Shown: positions 26,331 to 40,510 of the stretch, piece by piece
Position numbering within the stretch: position 1 is the first letter of the stretch
Layout: each line of letters opens with the position of its first letter
DNA from: Chrysomallon squamiferum
Taxonomy: Eukaryota > Animalia > Mollusca
NCBI GenBank assembly: GCA_012295275.1
Contig: CM022678.1
Coordinates: 12,462,001-12,526,000 of the forward strand
DNA: 64,000 bases
Direction: 5' to 3'
Program-made: the position numbers and the translations under genes
The notes under the pieces: model-generated
What the model was told of the DNA's origin: nothing
The model's database searches: none
What the model saw: only the letters and a program-made list of their open reading frames with translations

Positions 26331-27227
26331 AAACACTGATGTTTTAAATTACTATCAGTTTAAAAAGGATGTTTGAATGAAAGTAAGTCCAATTGCAAAT
26401 TGAAATACTTCTTTTATTTACTGTGTTGAGCACATTCAACAAAAACAAATGCTTAAAATAAAAACAAGTCAAATTACAGATATTTTCATTTTATTTCTTG
26501 TTTTGATCATATTAAAGTAAAGGAAAACAAAGCTTTCTTCTTTTTATTGGTATAATAATTGGATGTACTTTTGCTGACAAATTGTTTATACTAGTAACTA
26601 TAGTCTATAGTATAATACTTTCCATTAAATAGTGAGGGTGGTTTTATATACACTAATCTAAATACAATTTGTTACATTTGACACAGAATTCTGGTAACCA
26701 ACACTGTTGATAAATATGTTCTATGAAACTTTTGAGGTTTGAATTCTCTTGAAAAAAAAAGAGAATTTGTAGCCCTGAAAACCTAATCATATCAAATGCC
26801 ACAATAAATAGTCATACCTTTTTCTTAAAAAACAAGCAACAAAACAACAAAAAACAACAAAACAAACAAAACAAAACAACATTTTTCAGCACGAAAAATT
26901 AAAGCTGAAATGAAGCAGATATATAACTGTATTTTATTTTATTTATTTATTTATTAGTAGTAGTAGTTTTGCATTTTGTATTTACAGATGGCTGAACTTC
27001 CACTGGAATGCATATGTTAACGCTTTTTTCAAAAAAAGAAAGAAAAGGTTCTGGCTTGATTGATTCAAACATGTCCCAAAGACTCGTATCTCCCAGACAA
27101 TCAAACATACAGGTACAAAATGTTTATATTAATACAATTTATTTCAGTTACAATTAACTGAATTTATTTATTGTTTGAAAATCTTACTTCAAATTCAAAT
27201 AATAAAAATTAAATTGTAATACATTAT

Positions 27228-27310
27228 ACAGTGATACCTCGGTTCTGCTTTTATAAACAATTTGGTTAAAAAACAAAAATGTGCCAGTTGTCACTCGGTT
27301 CTCAAAATGA
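27228..27310 (+). mobile_element. Tigger/pogo-like MITE terminus
   Basis: ta|cagtgatacctcggttc, with an internal repeat ctcggttctc, resembles the Tigger TIR CAGTGGTACCTCGG plus a TA target. Confidence 0.35.
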
Positions 27311-28329
27311 AGTCATTCAAGGAAATGTCTTAAGATGAGGAGGAGGGAAGGTAGGATATTCCTAGTTCACTAATTTGTACAGAGAGTGTTTTATTCAGGA
27401 TTTTCTGTCAACCCGTCAAACCATAGAACATGACTAAATGCTGTTTGAAATTTTTGAGTTGTTTTACATATTAATGAAACTCTGCATAACTGTATCAATT
27501 AATTTAGTTAAGTCATAATTCTTATATTAAATACGTATTATTATGAATATATATAAAAGTAAATATTGTAAGAAAGAGTTCTGCAGATATTGTTTACATA
27601 ACCATTTAATCGGTTATGTAAAATTTAAATTTGTATATCCATGAATAATAATAATAATAGTCATAATAATCATCATAATATTAATAATAAGAAGAATGAT
27701 AATGACAATGATAATAATCCATAAAAATAAAAAATAAATTAAGAAAGCAGATTTTCAGAAAGTGTAACAAGCAAATATTATGTTAAAGTATTTACTGTTT
27801 TTGAAATTTACTTACTTTATTTTTTATATTTTAGGGCAAATGCTGCTGCATATCTCAGCATCAACAATGTTCTGCCAACCTGATTACTCAGCAAGAGGCT
27901 TGTAGACAGAGACAGCAGGAAACTAGTTAATGTAAGAGTTTTGTGTTTGACTGTCATGTTGTAAGTTAATACAGTTAACTATACCTTGATACAAACCTTC
28001 AGAGTAATTAAGCTACAGTATTTGTTTTTTAAAATTCATTATATATTATACAAATAATACATTATAAGAAAAGTATAGAGAAGCTGATATATGTATATAG
28101 ATATATGTTAAGATAGGAATCAACTAGTTTATTTTTTTATTAAACAATTAATATTTCTATATCTTTGTGACACAATAACACTTACTTTTTAAAAGTATAC
28201 GTTAATATGAAAATAAATTATTATTATATATTTTTGCCTCAACAATGTTAATATTACAGGTAATAATATTTTTTACTTTTTTATTTATTTATTTTTTTAC
28301 ATAATTTTTGTTGTTATTACTGTTGATAT

Positions 28330-30330
28330 ACCAGACCTAATTAACTTATTCCATAATCAAAAGCTTTTTCAAAATCTATAAAAGCATATTACAATTTCTT
28401 TTTAGATTTGTTCATTAAAATAATTAGCGAATATGAAGAAAATATATGGTCTGTTGTTGTATAATTTTTAAGAAATCCTGCTTGATTTTCTAAAAGTAGG
28501 TTTGTTTCATCTGCATACTTATTTAATCTAAAATTAAGTACAGATGTCAATAATTTACCTAAGCAACTTAATAATGTAGTATGTCTTTGGGTTATTTCAA
28601 GCACCTTTATTTTTATATATTGGTTTCGTGGGTCCCTCTAACCAACCAGATGGTATAATTGCTGTGTCAAGAATAACATTAAACAATAGTACATAAAAAG
28701 ATAACATAACATTAGCAGTATAATTAATGTATTCATTGATAATAAAGTCTTCTCCAGCTGATCAATTACATTGGAGTCTCTTCACTAGATATTTCTTTGG
28801 CTGAAAAAGTCTTGTTCAGAATATCATTAGTGGCTTCTTATCATTAGTGTGTAGTTCTTCTATTGGTGTTACATGATCAGGCAAATTTTCATCAACATTG
28901 ATATTAAGAGTTTTGTAAAAAGTAAATAAAGAAGCAATTGACACATCCACTTTCTGTTTAGAATTGACCAAAACTGAAGTTGGGATTTGAAGTATTTTCA
29001 ATTTTTTGTTTAAAAGATATCCTATACTCCCTAACAGCTCTGTTTAGTGTTTGTTTATACTGATTCTCTTTATACCTGAAGCCAGCTTTCAGTATGCTTC
29101 CACCACATTGTTTATATCTTCTTCTGGCTTTTCTGACTTCCTTTGTTGCAGCTTTACAAGCTCTGTTAAACCAGACCTTATTATAAGGATGTTTCTTTAT
29201 TGTATTATTAGGTGGGTTTCTTCCCACACCACATACATTAATCTCTGTTATTTTTAAAACATACAGGTTTATTTCTTTATGATTTTTGTTTGGGGTAGCT
29301 TTACAAACGAGTGTGTTTACTAACATTTGCAAAATATTATTTTTACTTTGTAAGACTCCTCCTGCTTCTGCGCTGAGTGAACTGACTTGTCTTGGTGAGA
29401 GTTTGATTTGTGTGCAGTGATCTCTGTTGGCCACATTGTTATGTTCGTTCTTCTGGCTTCTGGCATGTCCTCTCCTAGTGTAACCAGCCTGACCTTGATA
29501 TACAGTTTACCATCATTTAAAGTCACTCTTTTCCCTTGCCTTTTTGCTGGTTTGTAATGTGGATATACTAATTTTTCCTATCATTGATTTCTTTCTGGAA
29601 TTGTTCATTAACCCCATATGGCTTGTTTATTAGTTTGGAGGTCATTGTGTTTTTCTCTTAAGTTTCCAAACTCAATTTTTGATTCACATATTTGTTGTTT
29701 CAAACTGTTATTATCATCTCTAAGTTCACAAGTAGAAATGTTCATATCTGACACAACATGTTTCAAATCTCTGAGATCCTTTTATTCCTTTCAAACTGTT
29801 AGTGAATGTAGTTGTACTTTTTTTTAATATCAATCAGATTACCACTGATATCTCGTACAGTTATTTCCATACTGTTTAGTTGTTTTTTTGATCATGTCCA
29901 ATTTTTCCAGTTTATCACACATTATACTTTCTAGTCAAAGTACCTGCTTTTATACTGACATCTTCACTGTGCACAACTGATGAAATTAACCCAGAATGCT
30001 GACCCTGGGGTCCATAGTGCTGTCCGTATTGTGACTGCTGAGACTGTTGAATTGGTGTTGACTGATAAAATGGTGCAGATGAACATCTCATTAGTCTCTG
30101 TATTTGGCCTCCTCAGTATGGCGACTTCTTGACTAGCTTGGCTACTGCTTACCCTTATTTTCTCTTCTCTTCTCCACTTATATTCTTACTCTTATTTTCA
30201 CTCTTTTTTCCTTTTTTTTTTATTTCATGTTGCATACTCACGTATATTTAGCAATAATTTACATTGATAAAACAGATAACATACCTTTAATACTAATAAA
30301 CATTATAAATTTTCACAGAGAGATGACTTT
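28330..30330 (-). mobile_element. Internally deleted LINE (ORF1 + partial ORF2 RT), in an intron of the 26988-36737 pseudogene
   Basis: RT motifs TLLSCLGKLLTSVLNFRL, ENQAGF..TTDHIF, AFIDFEKAFD; linker VWFNRACKAA; ORF1 C-terminus KPYGVNEQF..KRQGKRVTLNDGKLYI. The 5' region is homologous to 370-725. Confidence 0.88.
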
Positions 30331-33300
30331 CATTTCCCCACATGTGTTAGTGCGATCGAATGGAAGTAATGGTTACTTGAATTGAAAAATAATTACACAA
30401 AAAAGATCAAACAGAACTTGAAGAGACCAAGTGAGTTAACACTGTTTTTTCTTTTTCTTTTCACCTCATTAACTGACAAAGTTGATAATGGTATTTGTAT
30501 TAAAATTAAGGTCAAAAATAATCAGAAGCTAATGTTAACTGCTATCTCATTACTTGCATTTAAAAAAAAAAAAAATATTAGCCCTAATCAGTTATACACT
30601 GATGTAAAACACTGTTAATTCAGAAATTTCATAAGAAGAATTATAATGTAAATTATTTGTTGCTGAATTGAAAGCTGTTAAGAATTTGTTCATATCTTTG
30701 TTATCACTGATGTACTTAATTAAGGATAGCATTGTGTTGGGGTTTAAAATGCATTTTTGTATTTCAACACTAAAGAAGACAGTTTATAAGGTGAAAGTTC
30801 TACTATTTGTTGTTGTTTGTGGGGGGGTAATTAAAAACATAATCTATATAACTATTGTTTTATTTATTTTTATTAATTAAGAATGAGTTTAATTTTTTTT
30901 GGTCCAGGATCTAAAAGATCATGTCTGTGTGGATTGAATGCTCCTATAAAGGTATGTTTTATTCATTCACTTTTGTGTTTTATAGCTCATTTGATTAAGG
31001 ATGAATTTAATGAAAAGTAGCAATTTATTATTATGTACAGAATAGTATTGATAATTTTATATAAATGTTTCATAAACAATGTTTACTTTAGATAGTAATA
31101 GAATCAATTTAATATCAACAAACCTTTTAATGATTTGCATGGCAGCCTAATAGAGTAGTGAACAGAACATTTGTAATTTTCTGTTATTAATATCTCACTC
31201 TAATCTGAAATCCATACATTTAATACTTTATTTGTTAGGCTAAAGATATTTACAATATTTTGAAATTTGGTATACAGATGGAAGATCATACACATGCATA
31301 AATTGGCTTGAAGGATTTAGCTTCTTTTGTTATTTTATTACATGCATGTGTAATGCTGTCTTTGTTTTAAATACATTTTAAAATATACCTAAAGGATTCA
31401 TTATTGTAACTATTCACTGAATGTGGTTTATTTATTTAGGAAAGAATGTTACAATTAAATATTTTAATTAAACAAATAATTTATTATAAATGTATATACA
31501 ACGATTATTAAGGTTAATTAAAGATTGTAAGAATAATCTCAAATGTACTTTTATCATGTTAGTATATTTGTATTTCAAGTAGAATCAGTATTAGAAGACC
31601 ATTTTCTTACTGTCTAATGTAATACTATATAGGTTTAAAATGTTTATTTACTTAATATTCCTTGCAGTCATCTTAAACTGGACCAAAAGATTAAAACAGT
31701 GTAAATATCAAATTTTAGCAAGTTAATATATTTTTGTAATCTCTCTTACTGATGTTTTGCACATTTAATCCTTTTATATCAAATTTTAAAAAAATAAAAT
31801 TAAAATGAATGAAATCAAGAATATAAATACATTTAATAAATTGTTTTTATTATTAAAATTGGATGAAAAAATAAAAATGTAGAGTAAAATGTTTTTTGCT
31901 AAGACAGTGAAATGCAGTTAGAGCTGACAAAAAAAATGCTACTTGCACTTTATTTTATGTTTATTAATGAATATTATATTTTGTTGTAGGATCCTAGACA
32001 ACAGATTCAAGCTGCCTCAGCCAGCACTTCATGTTTTAAGACCCATTTTCAGAAAAGGTTCACTAGAGCACCAGAATGCTTTTACATCACATTCTTCCCT
32101 GCCCAGAGAAAGCTCAACACTTTCAAGAGAAAATCTGTCTGAAATGTAATTTGAATTTCGAAACCTCAGTGATCTCCAAGAGACTGCATTGTCAGTGTGA
32201 TCAGAACATCCAGTGTACACATTGTACTTCATAGCAGCTTGCACTGTTTTTATCATTGATGTGTGTGCATGGTTATTCTAATTTTTCTCACTGAAAGAGG
32301 AATGGAGATTTATGATTGCTATGGAATGCAATCTTTGTGAAGAACACAAAAATAATGTGATAGTGCAAAGAGGTGTTCATTCTTTTAATTTTTATATTAT
32401 TTAAAATCAGGTTAGTATAAATATAATTGAAGATTATGTAATTAGGGTTAATTAGAATTTTTTATGAAAAAAACAAAAAAACACAGAAAGTTTTATTTAT
32501 ATTATTTAAATCGGGGGAAATCAAGGGTTTGTTGGGGTAATTAGTGTAAATATAATTGAAGTTTCTCTAATTACAGGTACTTAGAATTTGTATAAAAAAA
32601 AGTAATAATAATTTATTTCTAATGTAAATTGTTAACTAAATAAAACATTTATGTGCATTAACCATGACTTTGTTATTTTTAATTAGAAGAAACATGATCA
32701 TTTTCAAGTTGAAGTTTCTTAAAAACCTGTCTAGATAATAAAACATAAATATTCAGTTATTTCTGTTTAACATTTCTACCAGTTTTTATAATTTGAATTT
32801 TCCCAGTTTAGAAAGAATAATAGAATTATTTCAATAAGAAATCATTAAAAATAAATATTAAAATTTGAAAACAAATAAGATAAATAAATGTACATAAATG
32901 GAATTTTTCCGAGTATTTTATAATTTGCATTTCACATTTTGGAAAATTTATAGACTGTCATAATGAAACCACAATCAAGCAAATTAAGTTTTATTTTAAA
33001 TTTGTTTGTTTTAATAGAGTACATAATTTCATTTTCTTTAAAATAAAAATTCCTGCAAATCTGTTTTTAAAAAGATACTGGTTTTAATAGAGCGAAAATT
33101 ATTTTTTAGCCTGATTAATTTCAGCTTTTTCAAGTATCTTTTAATGTTAATACAATTCAAAATCAAGACAATGATATAAGAATAAATCATTAAAATAATC
33201 CAGTTAATAATTATATTTTTATATCTAATTGTATATCATTTTTATGTTATTTTTTTTTATAAACAAAACAACAATCAAAACACTTAGAACTTGTATTTAA

Positions 33301-36049
33301 TATTAATAAATTTATTTATTTATTTATTTTGTTAACTAAGTTTTATCTCCTAGAAAACAAAGCATTTCCCTGTAAACTGCAGTTGAAATGTCCTTTGTTT
33401 TGCAGTAAAGAAAAAAAAATGTTCTTGTTCAAGTAAAGTGTAACTTAATTTTCACCATCCTTTTATCAGAATCATTTAAACAATTTGTTATTGATAAAAC
33501 ATTCATTCTTTCTTTTTCTCCCTTTTACAAATAATATATTATACGTATTATAATCAATAACAGATGAAAATGTATATAGTAAATTATTATTACTGTTATT
33601 ACTGCTATTTTTACTATTATTATTACTGTTGTTACAACTACTTCTGTTACTACTACTGTTGGTGTTTTTGTTGTTATGGTTATTATTGTTGTTAATTTTT
33701 ATCATCGTCATGATTATTTTATTATTATTACTGTGTAAGTTTCAAGTGAAACCTCAACTAATCAACAGTCAAGTAATGTGTCAGGCCTGTGTTAGAATGT
33801 TTTCAGAAACCTCTCAACAGTGGCAGGGTATGTTTTATTAGTTTATATATGTCTGTGTGTATGTGTGTATGTATATACTGAAAGTTAGAACATTTCTACA
33901 ATCTGTCCTGTCTGTTGAGCTTCTTATTGTTAGTGATAACACACAACTAATCTATTTGTCAAGACTAAAGTTTACTTAGTTGTCTTAAATTTATTACCTA
34001 GAGATAAAGATTACTGCAAAGTCAATGAGAGAGAGAGAGAGAGAAAGTTGTGTATGAGTGAGTGAGTGAGCGAGTATGTGAGTATGTGGATGAGAGAGTG
34101 GATGTATGTGTATGTATCTGTGTCTTGGGCAATTTCATACATAAATAAAAACAACTGAAATATTGACGTGATAATAAGCAGAAAAAATGCATTTGTCTGA
34201 CCAATGTAGATTGATAAAAAAAATATGTTTTTTTATTTATATTAATAACCTTTATATTTACTATTGCTGTTAAATATTTTTTGTATCACTGCAGTATTAC
34301 TCAGGTGCTGTCTTGAAAGGGAATTTCATTATGGAGAAGGATGAATTAGCTGTTACAGAAACCATTTTCATGCAGACTGCACCATTCTGAGTTGTGAGTT
34401 TATTTTATTTCTGTGTCTTAGAGAGTAAAATAAGTTTTGAAACAATTCTTAAATAATTATAAAACACTGTATTAATAATCAGTTATTTGCTGTTTTGTTA
34501 ATTATTATTTTTATTGTTATTAACATTTTCATCAGTATCATTATAATGCATTACCTGGTGCCATGGGGATTCCCCTGTCTTGTAAATATACATCTGTCTC
34601 GTGCAGGTTACTACCCAAATTGGCTTGTTCTAGGGTTATCAGATCTTTGTATGCAATATATTACAAAGATCGTATCATTAGAACACAAGCACTTTTAAGA
34701 ACTGTATTCGCACTAGTGTTGAATATTCAGTATAATAGTAGACTAATATAGATGAATAGAAATATTGTAATCTCTCACATTAGCAACTGTTCCACGGGAA
34801 TCATTCCATTACTCTCCTAAAAAAAAAAAATCTCCAGGCTTTTATAAGAAAGAAAAGGGACTTGTACAATTTGACAATGTTTTATGAACTTTGCCACTAG
34901 ATGTCTGTCGCCAGATCATTCTGTGAAACAAGAGCCCATAACATCCAGGATACAAGTGACTTTGACAAGCAGAAGACTCTTCTCTTACACTTTGTAATAT
35001 TATGTACTAAGGGGACAAGCTAGGCAAGCTCCATATTTTATGAGTATTTTAAAATGTTTAACATTCCTGTTACCAGACTAGAACTGTCAGCCTTCACACA
35101 GGGTCACTGTTACTGTGATAACAGACATAAAAATTTTTTTACACAATTTTTGTAAATAAAATAAAATGCAAGATGGTAAGACAGATGTGTTGTTGTTTTA
35201 AAATTTTATATTTCATAACTGACAAATTCATATTTCAGTATTAGGTCAGGTTTTCTGTTGGGTTTATATAGACAATCTATCTCTCTGTCTCTCCCCTTTG
35301 TCTCTTTCTGTCTCTCTGTCTCCTTCTGTTATTAAATATTTATTGCCTCATTGTTATTTGTTTATTTTTCAGAGATATGTTTGAAAGATGGGTTAGGTTC
35401 TTTATGTAATCTACACATCAAAACATTCTATGAACAGCATCTTACCATTGACTTTTTCCACTTGATAAAACTAAAATCTTCTGAATGGTCAGGAAACAGA
35501 AAGTAAGTTTTGTGAGAGTTTCTAATTATGGTTCAGAATTTTGCTTTAAAAAGAAATGTACATTGCAAGCCCAAAATTGGATTATATCTTTTATTTTATG
35601 AATTTATGAAATTTGTTATTGTATTGGAAAAATTGGTATTTGTAATATTCAGTTTTAGTGTACAGACTGATGAATGCTTTTACTTATGTAAATACATTTT
35701 TATTATCTAAAATGGATGATTTCCTTATATATAATGTCAGATTTCAGAAGGCTACCAATAAAGAAAGTTAATATTAAAGGAATTTTTAAATGAGTTCTTC
35801 TCAGTTAAATTTTATGAAGATTTATTTGATCAGACAGTTTATATTTCAGGGTTTATTATTATTTTTATTAATATTAATTCAGCATCTTGCTATGGTACCA
35901 AATTTCACAAAACACCAAGAACTCATTAGAAACAAAACATTGACTTCACAAAACTTGAGTCAAGATTCACCAGTACTCCAGAACTAAACAAGTCAAACTC
36001 TACTCCATAAATATTCACTTAATTAATTTTGTTAAATGTATAGTGATGG

Positions 36050-36315
36050 ATAGAGTGGCTCAGTGGTTAGAGTGCATGGCCAAGGTTTGTTGTGTTCCAA
36101 GATGAGTTCTGCATGGAGGACTAAAAATGTTATCTACTAAAAGAGGTGTATGTTTGTTTTTTGTGGAACGATATATGTTACAAACAGATTTTTAGTTTCT
36201 TGTTTAAATTCATATTCAGAAACAGGTTTTCTTTTTCATTAGCTGAATTGTTGTTTAAAGATGCAATGAAGTAGTAAAAACATGCTGTGTATGTTGTTAA
36301 ATAAAATAGTTCTTC
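36050..36315 (+). mobile_element. tRNA-derived SINE (degenerate)
   Basis: A-box gtggctcagtggttagagtgc and a 3' tail gttgttaaataaaata. Confidence 0.5.
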
Positions 36316-37520
36316 TTTATTTATATTTATCAATGATCAGGTTATAATAAAGTATTTATAAAAGATACTAAATTTTTAAATTAAGAATTTACATTTATAT
36401 TTTGTCAAACCTCTTTAGACCATTTTGAAAAATATTTATTTTTAATTAGTCCTTATCCCAGGTTGTGAATGTGTTTATCAGTATGTCTGTATATGCATGT
36501 ATGCACAATTGAAATCCAGTCGCTGAAATATATTTTTGTCAACAAACATTCATTTGTATCAGTAAATGTATTGATATGCATATATATCAGTAAATAACGT
36601 TACTGAACAAAAAATAAATTATCTTTGTTTTTATTTTTTCAGATTCATATCACAAAACAAACAAGTGTCATTATATAACTGTCAGAACGGGACACACACA
36701 AACAGCTGAACAGATGGAGAAGTTTCTCAAACGACTGGTATGAAAAACACACACACGTTGACTTAGCTGTTTAACTATCAATTTACATTCTTCTAAATTT
36801 TTTGTGTTCACAATGTATTCTCAATATAGAGTAAGAAAAGTAGATTAGTGCAAGCATAGTCTACAATAAAAAGTAAAGTAATTTTTGTATACAAATACCC
36901 TGATAACTTAGAATACTTCATTATTTCTATACTTCCATTAGCATTGTTTTATTCCTGTTTCTGGTGTCCGCAATCATTATATTTTCTTTATCTTATGATT
37001 TTTTTTCTTCTTCTTATATCTTTGTTATTATTTTATTTATTTGTTAATCTTTTATCTCTATATTTATTTTTCTATCATAACATCATTACTCATACAAAAA
37101 GCTCTAACAGACTGAGTATGCTGCTTTTTATACTAATTTACTCAGTCTGTGAGGTTTATGTATACATTTCTCATATTTTGTGATATATAGAAAAATTAAA
37201 ATAAAAAATAAAATAAAATATTGGTAAGTCATCCCTTATATACAAGCATGTTAAAATAGTGTTATACTTTATTGTTAGGAATGATGATACCAGTAACCAT
37301 GGAATATATAAATTATCCTGGGTCCACATATATTCTTTAAGTTCAACTTTTATAAGAAAAATTAAACAATTTTATCATCCATTAGTTTAAAGCATATTTA
37401 CATTTCTTCATCTAGTCATCCACATTTGTTTTTATCAGCCTGTCACCTGTATTAAAAAAAAAAATTTTAAATTTTACAATTTCTTGGGGGTTTGTTTCTG
37501 GGGTTTTTAGCATTATTACC

Positions 37521-37559
<39 letters not shown>

Positions 37560-39355
37560 TATTATTATGTGAAAACCTTTTGCTTTTAGCTTAATTCTCA
37601 CTTTGCTTATTTACAGAATTATTCATCACATATCAAAAACAGTGACTGTAGAACTTTAAAAAAATAATAATAATAATAAAATAAAATAAAAATAAACCTT
37701 TTTTGAAATGCTTTTAACAGCAAGATCCTGCATGAAATGCCAAAATTAAAGTTATTCTTTTAATATGTCAAATTAGTAATTTATTGTTTTAAATAATTAT
37801 AATATAAAATATAATTCTAAGATATTTCAGTGTGTAAGTCTTATAGAAGCATGTTTAATTTTTTACTGAAGTGTACACATGAATGTAAGCAGAATTTTAT
37901 TTTATTTTTTATTTTATTTTTCTATACAGAATTTATACAATATTGAAAAATGCATCAAAATAATGATTAATAATGTAGTTAGAAATCACCATTTTGTTAT
38001 TATCGTGATTTTATTATTATTATTATTTTATTTTTTTTCAATATCATTTATTTATAGATTAACTGATTTATTATCATCATCAATTATAAATTTATAATAT
38101 CAGTTATTATTACATGTCATAAATTATCATAAAGTAATATCATAAATGATCTTTTCTTATTTTTTAAAGCCCTGCTAATTATTATTATTCTAACTTAAGC
38201 TATTGCTAAATTTAATGGAAAAGAAATATTGAAATCATGTAAGATTAGCAATAAACAATGTAACATATACAATCTGTGTCATGTGACAGAACCACCAGGG
38301 AGATAAACAATATATATATTTCACTTAATGCAATTACATTTTCATTATTTATCACCAAAGATTGTGAAATGTGAGTTACATATTTTTATAATCATTTAAC
38401 AAACCAAATTTTTTTTTTTTTTTTTTTTTTAGTTGCTTGTCATATATAATTCATAGGGTGTTATCTATAAGCCTGTAACACTGCATACTTTTTTTCTTTT
38501 CTTTTTGTAATTTGTTTACTCACAAATTCTTGTATTTGCTGTTTACACTTGAATATTGGCTGAGATACTACCTTGTTGCTGTGAACAGGCAGTTATTTGT
38601 AAACAAAAATATCAAAAGTGTGTTTTGAATTTGTTGTTCTTTATTAGTTTCTTTTTTGTTCCCTCACTGTTAACATAAACTGTGAAGATTGAAAAAGTTG
38701 TTGGCCAATCACTGCCCAGGGTCAAAGGTCAGATGTCCTGACAGGTTAAGAACAGCATTACATAATATAAGTCTTAATAAAAACCTACATTATTCTGTTT
38801 TCTTCTCTTGAAGCTTACAGCTGAATTTGAAACTACAACACAGTATTTGGAGCTACCATTTTTTTTTTTTTTTTCAAGAATAAAATTAGTAAAAAATAAA
38901 TAGATGTTTCATTTTATGATATTTTTGTTTATTTTCAAGTCAGACTTTAAATCTAGTTTCTAATCAATTACCAGGTATGCACAATATTTAGAATGTTTCT
39001 GTTATTGCGGAAAGTTAAAAGTGACAGTAAGAAGGAAGAAATATTTAATTCTTTCACTACAAATGCAACTGTTCAGATCACATAGAGAAAAAAAAAAAAA
39101 AAAAAAAAAAACATTTTCAAGTTCTGTACCAACAAATACATTTTTGTATAATTATTACACATCAGTTGACACATTGTCAACAGAGCAGGAAACTGTATAG
39201 GAAATTGTCTGTCTGGTTTGTTCTTTTTTATTTATTTATTTATTTTCATGCATTCTTAATTTTATTGTTTGCAACAACATTAATGAGCAATATAATGTGG
39301 TTTCATTTACTGCCATTTTTATTTTCATATTTCTGTATTAATAGATATATATACT

Positions 39356-39858
39356 AATTATATAAACAGACTGGGCAATCAGAAACGTGAATATTTATCA
39401 CTTTATCTATCTATTCTATGTTAGACGTATATATATATATATATATATACGTCTATGTCTAATTATATAACAGACTAGGCAGAGAGTACAAACAGAAACG
39501 TGATTATTATTCTGTTTTATTTATTACTTTATCTCTTCTATGTTAGATAATATATATATATATATATATAAAATTATATAAACAGACTTGGCAAATAGAA
39601 ACGTGATTATTATCTCTGTTCTATTTATCACTTTATCTGGTCTAAGTTAGATAGTATATATAAAATTATATAAACAGACTGGGCAAACACAAACGTGATT
39701 ATTATCTCTGTTCTATTTATCACTTTATCTGGTCAAAGTTAGATAGTATATATAAAATTATATAAACAGACTGAGCAGAGACAGCAAACAGAAACGTGCA
39801 ATTATCTCTTACTTTATCTGTTCTAGTAGTTAGACTGATATATCTATATAAACAGGGA
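39356..39858. repeat. Minisatellite, ~5 units of 92-110 bp
   Basis: The unit aattatataaacagactgggcaa..aaacgtgattattat..tttatcactttatct..gttagata starts at ~39356, 39460, 39571, 39663 and 39755, with a partial unit at 39846. Confidence 0.9.
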
Positions 39859-40510
39859 AACAAAATATAATGACATATATAGTCACATTATTGATTTCAT
39901 TATTTGTCATTCTTTGTGATTTAAACAGAAAAAAACCTAAATAATATTTATAGAATAGGTCTATTTATATTATTATATGTGTATTCTTAACACTGATTTG
40001 TTCATATAAATAGAAAATAAATAATAAAATAGATATAGATCACAGTATTGTTTTGTTTATCATAACTGCTGATGCTCTTTATCAGTTCATTATAATCTTA
40101 ATTATTATGTTTTGTAAGAATATTGATTTACTGAGTGTAACAGAAATGTAATAATAATATTGTGATAGGTTATGTCATAATAAAAATTTTGTATGCCATA
40201 ACTACTGATACTGTTTTTCATAATTACTTTTAAAATTTTAAATTATTTGTTATGATAATGATGGATTGAAAAGTTTTGTAATTATTACAATTTTGAATTT
40301 TTAAAATCTTGAATCATCAAGATGGTAACTTTAATAATTTTAATTTTATTACCTAAGAGTTTCAATTATTTTCATAACAATGAAGAAGATAATTGTTTAT
40401 GGTTTTTGCAATTTTAATTTTTTTTTTAATTGTATATCATCATGACTAACATGATAATCTGATATTTTCATAATTATTAAAATTCTAAATGACTAGTCAT
40501 TTATCATCAG

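Larger units (their letters stand above)
26988..36737 (+). pseudogene. Multi-exon pseudogene of an unrecognised protein
   Basis: AG..GT exons 26988-27112, 27835-27931, 30908-30951, 31990-32372, 33807-33827, 34295-34393 and 35373-35502 have mutually compatible phases (2,0,2,1,1,1,2). They give one frame (MAELPLECIC*RFFQKKKEKVLA*LIQTCPK..) with ~10 stops and no frameshift. Further probable exons lie at 35883- and 36643-36737. Confidence 0.65.

Noticed and set aside
36050-36120. Possible tRNA gene (also 45230-45295)
   Set aside because: Only A-box/B-box remnants are present with no cloverleaf; treated as SINE heads.
26988-36737. Stop-codon readthrough, recoding or an alternative genetic code to explain in-frame stops
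   Set aside because: All three stop types occur, neighbouring intact genes use standard TAA stops, and C>T decay is the simpler explanation.
39356-39858. Regularly spaced repeats resembling a CRISPR array
   Set aside because: Whole units are homologous with no unique spacers, the context is eukaryotic, and there are no cas genes.
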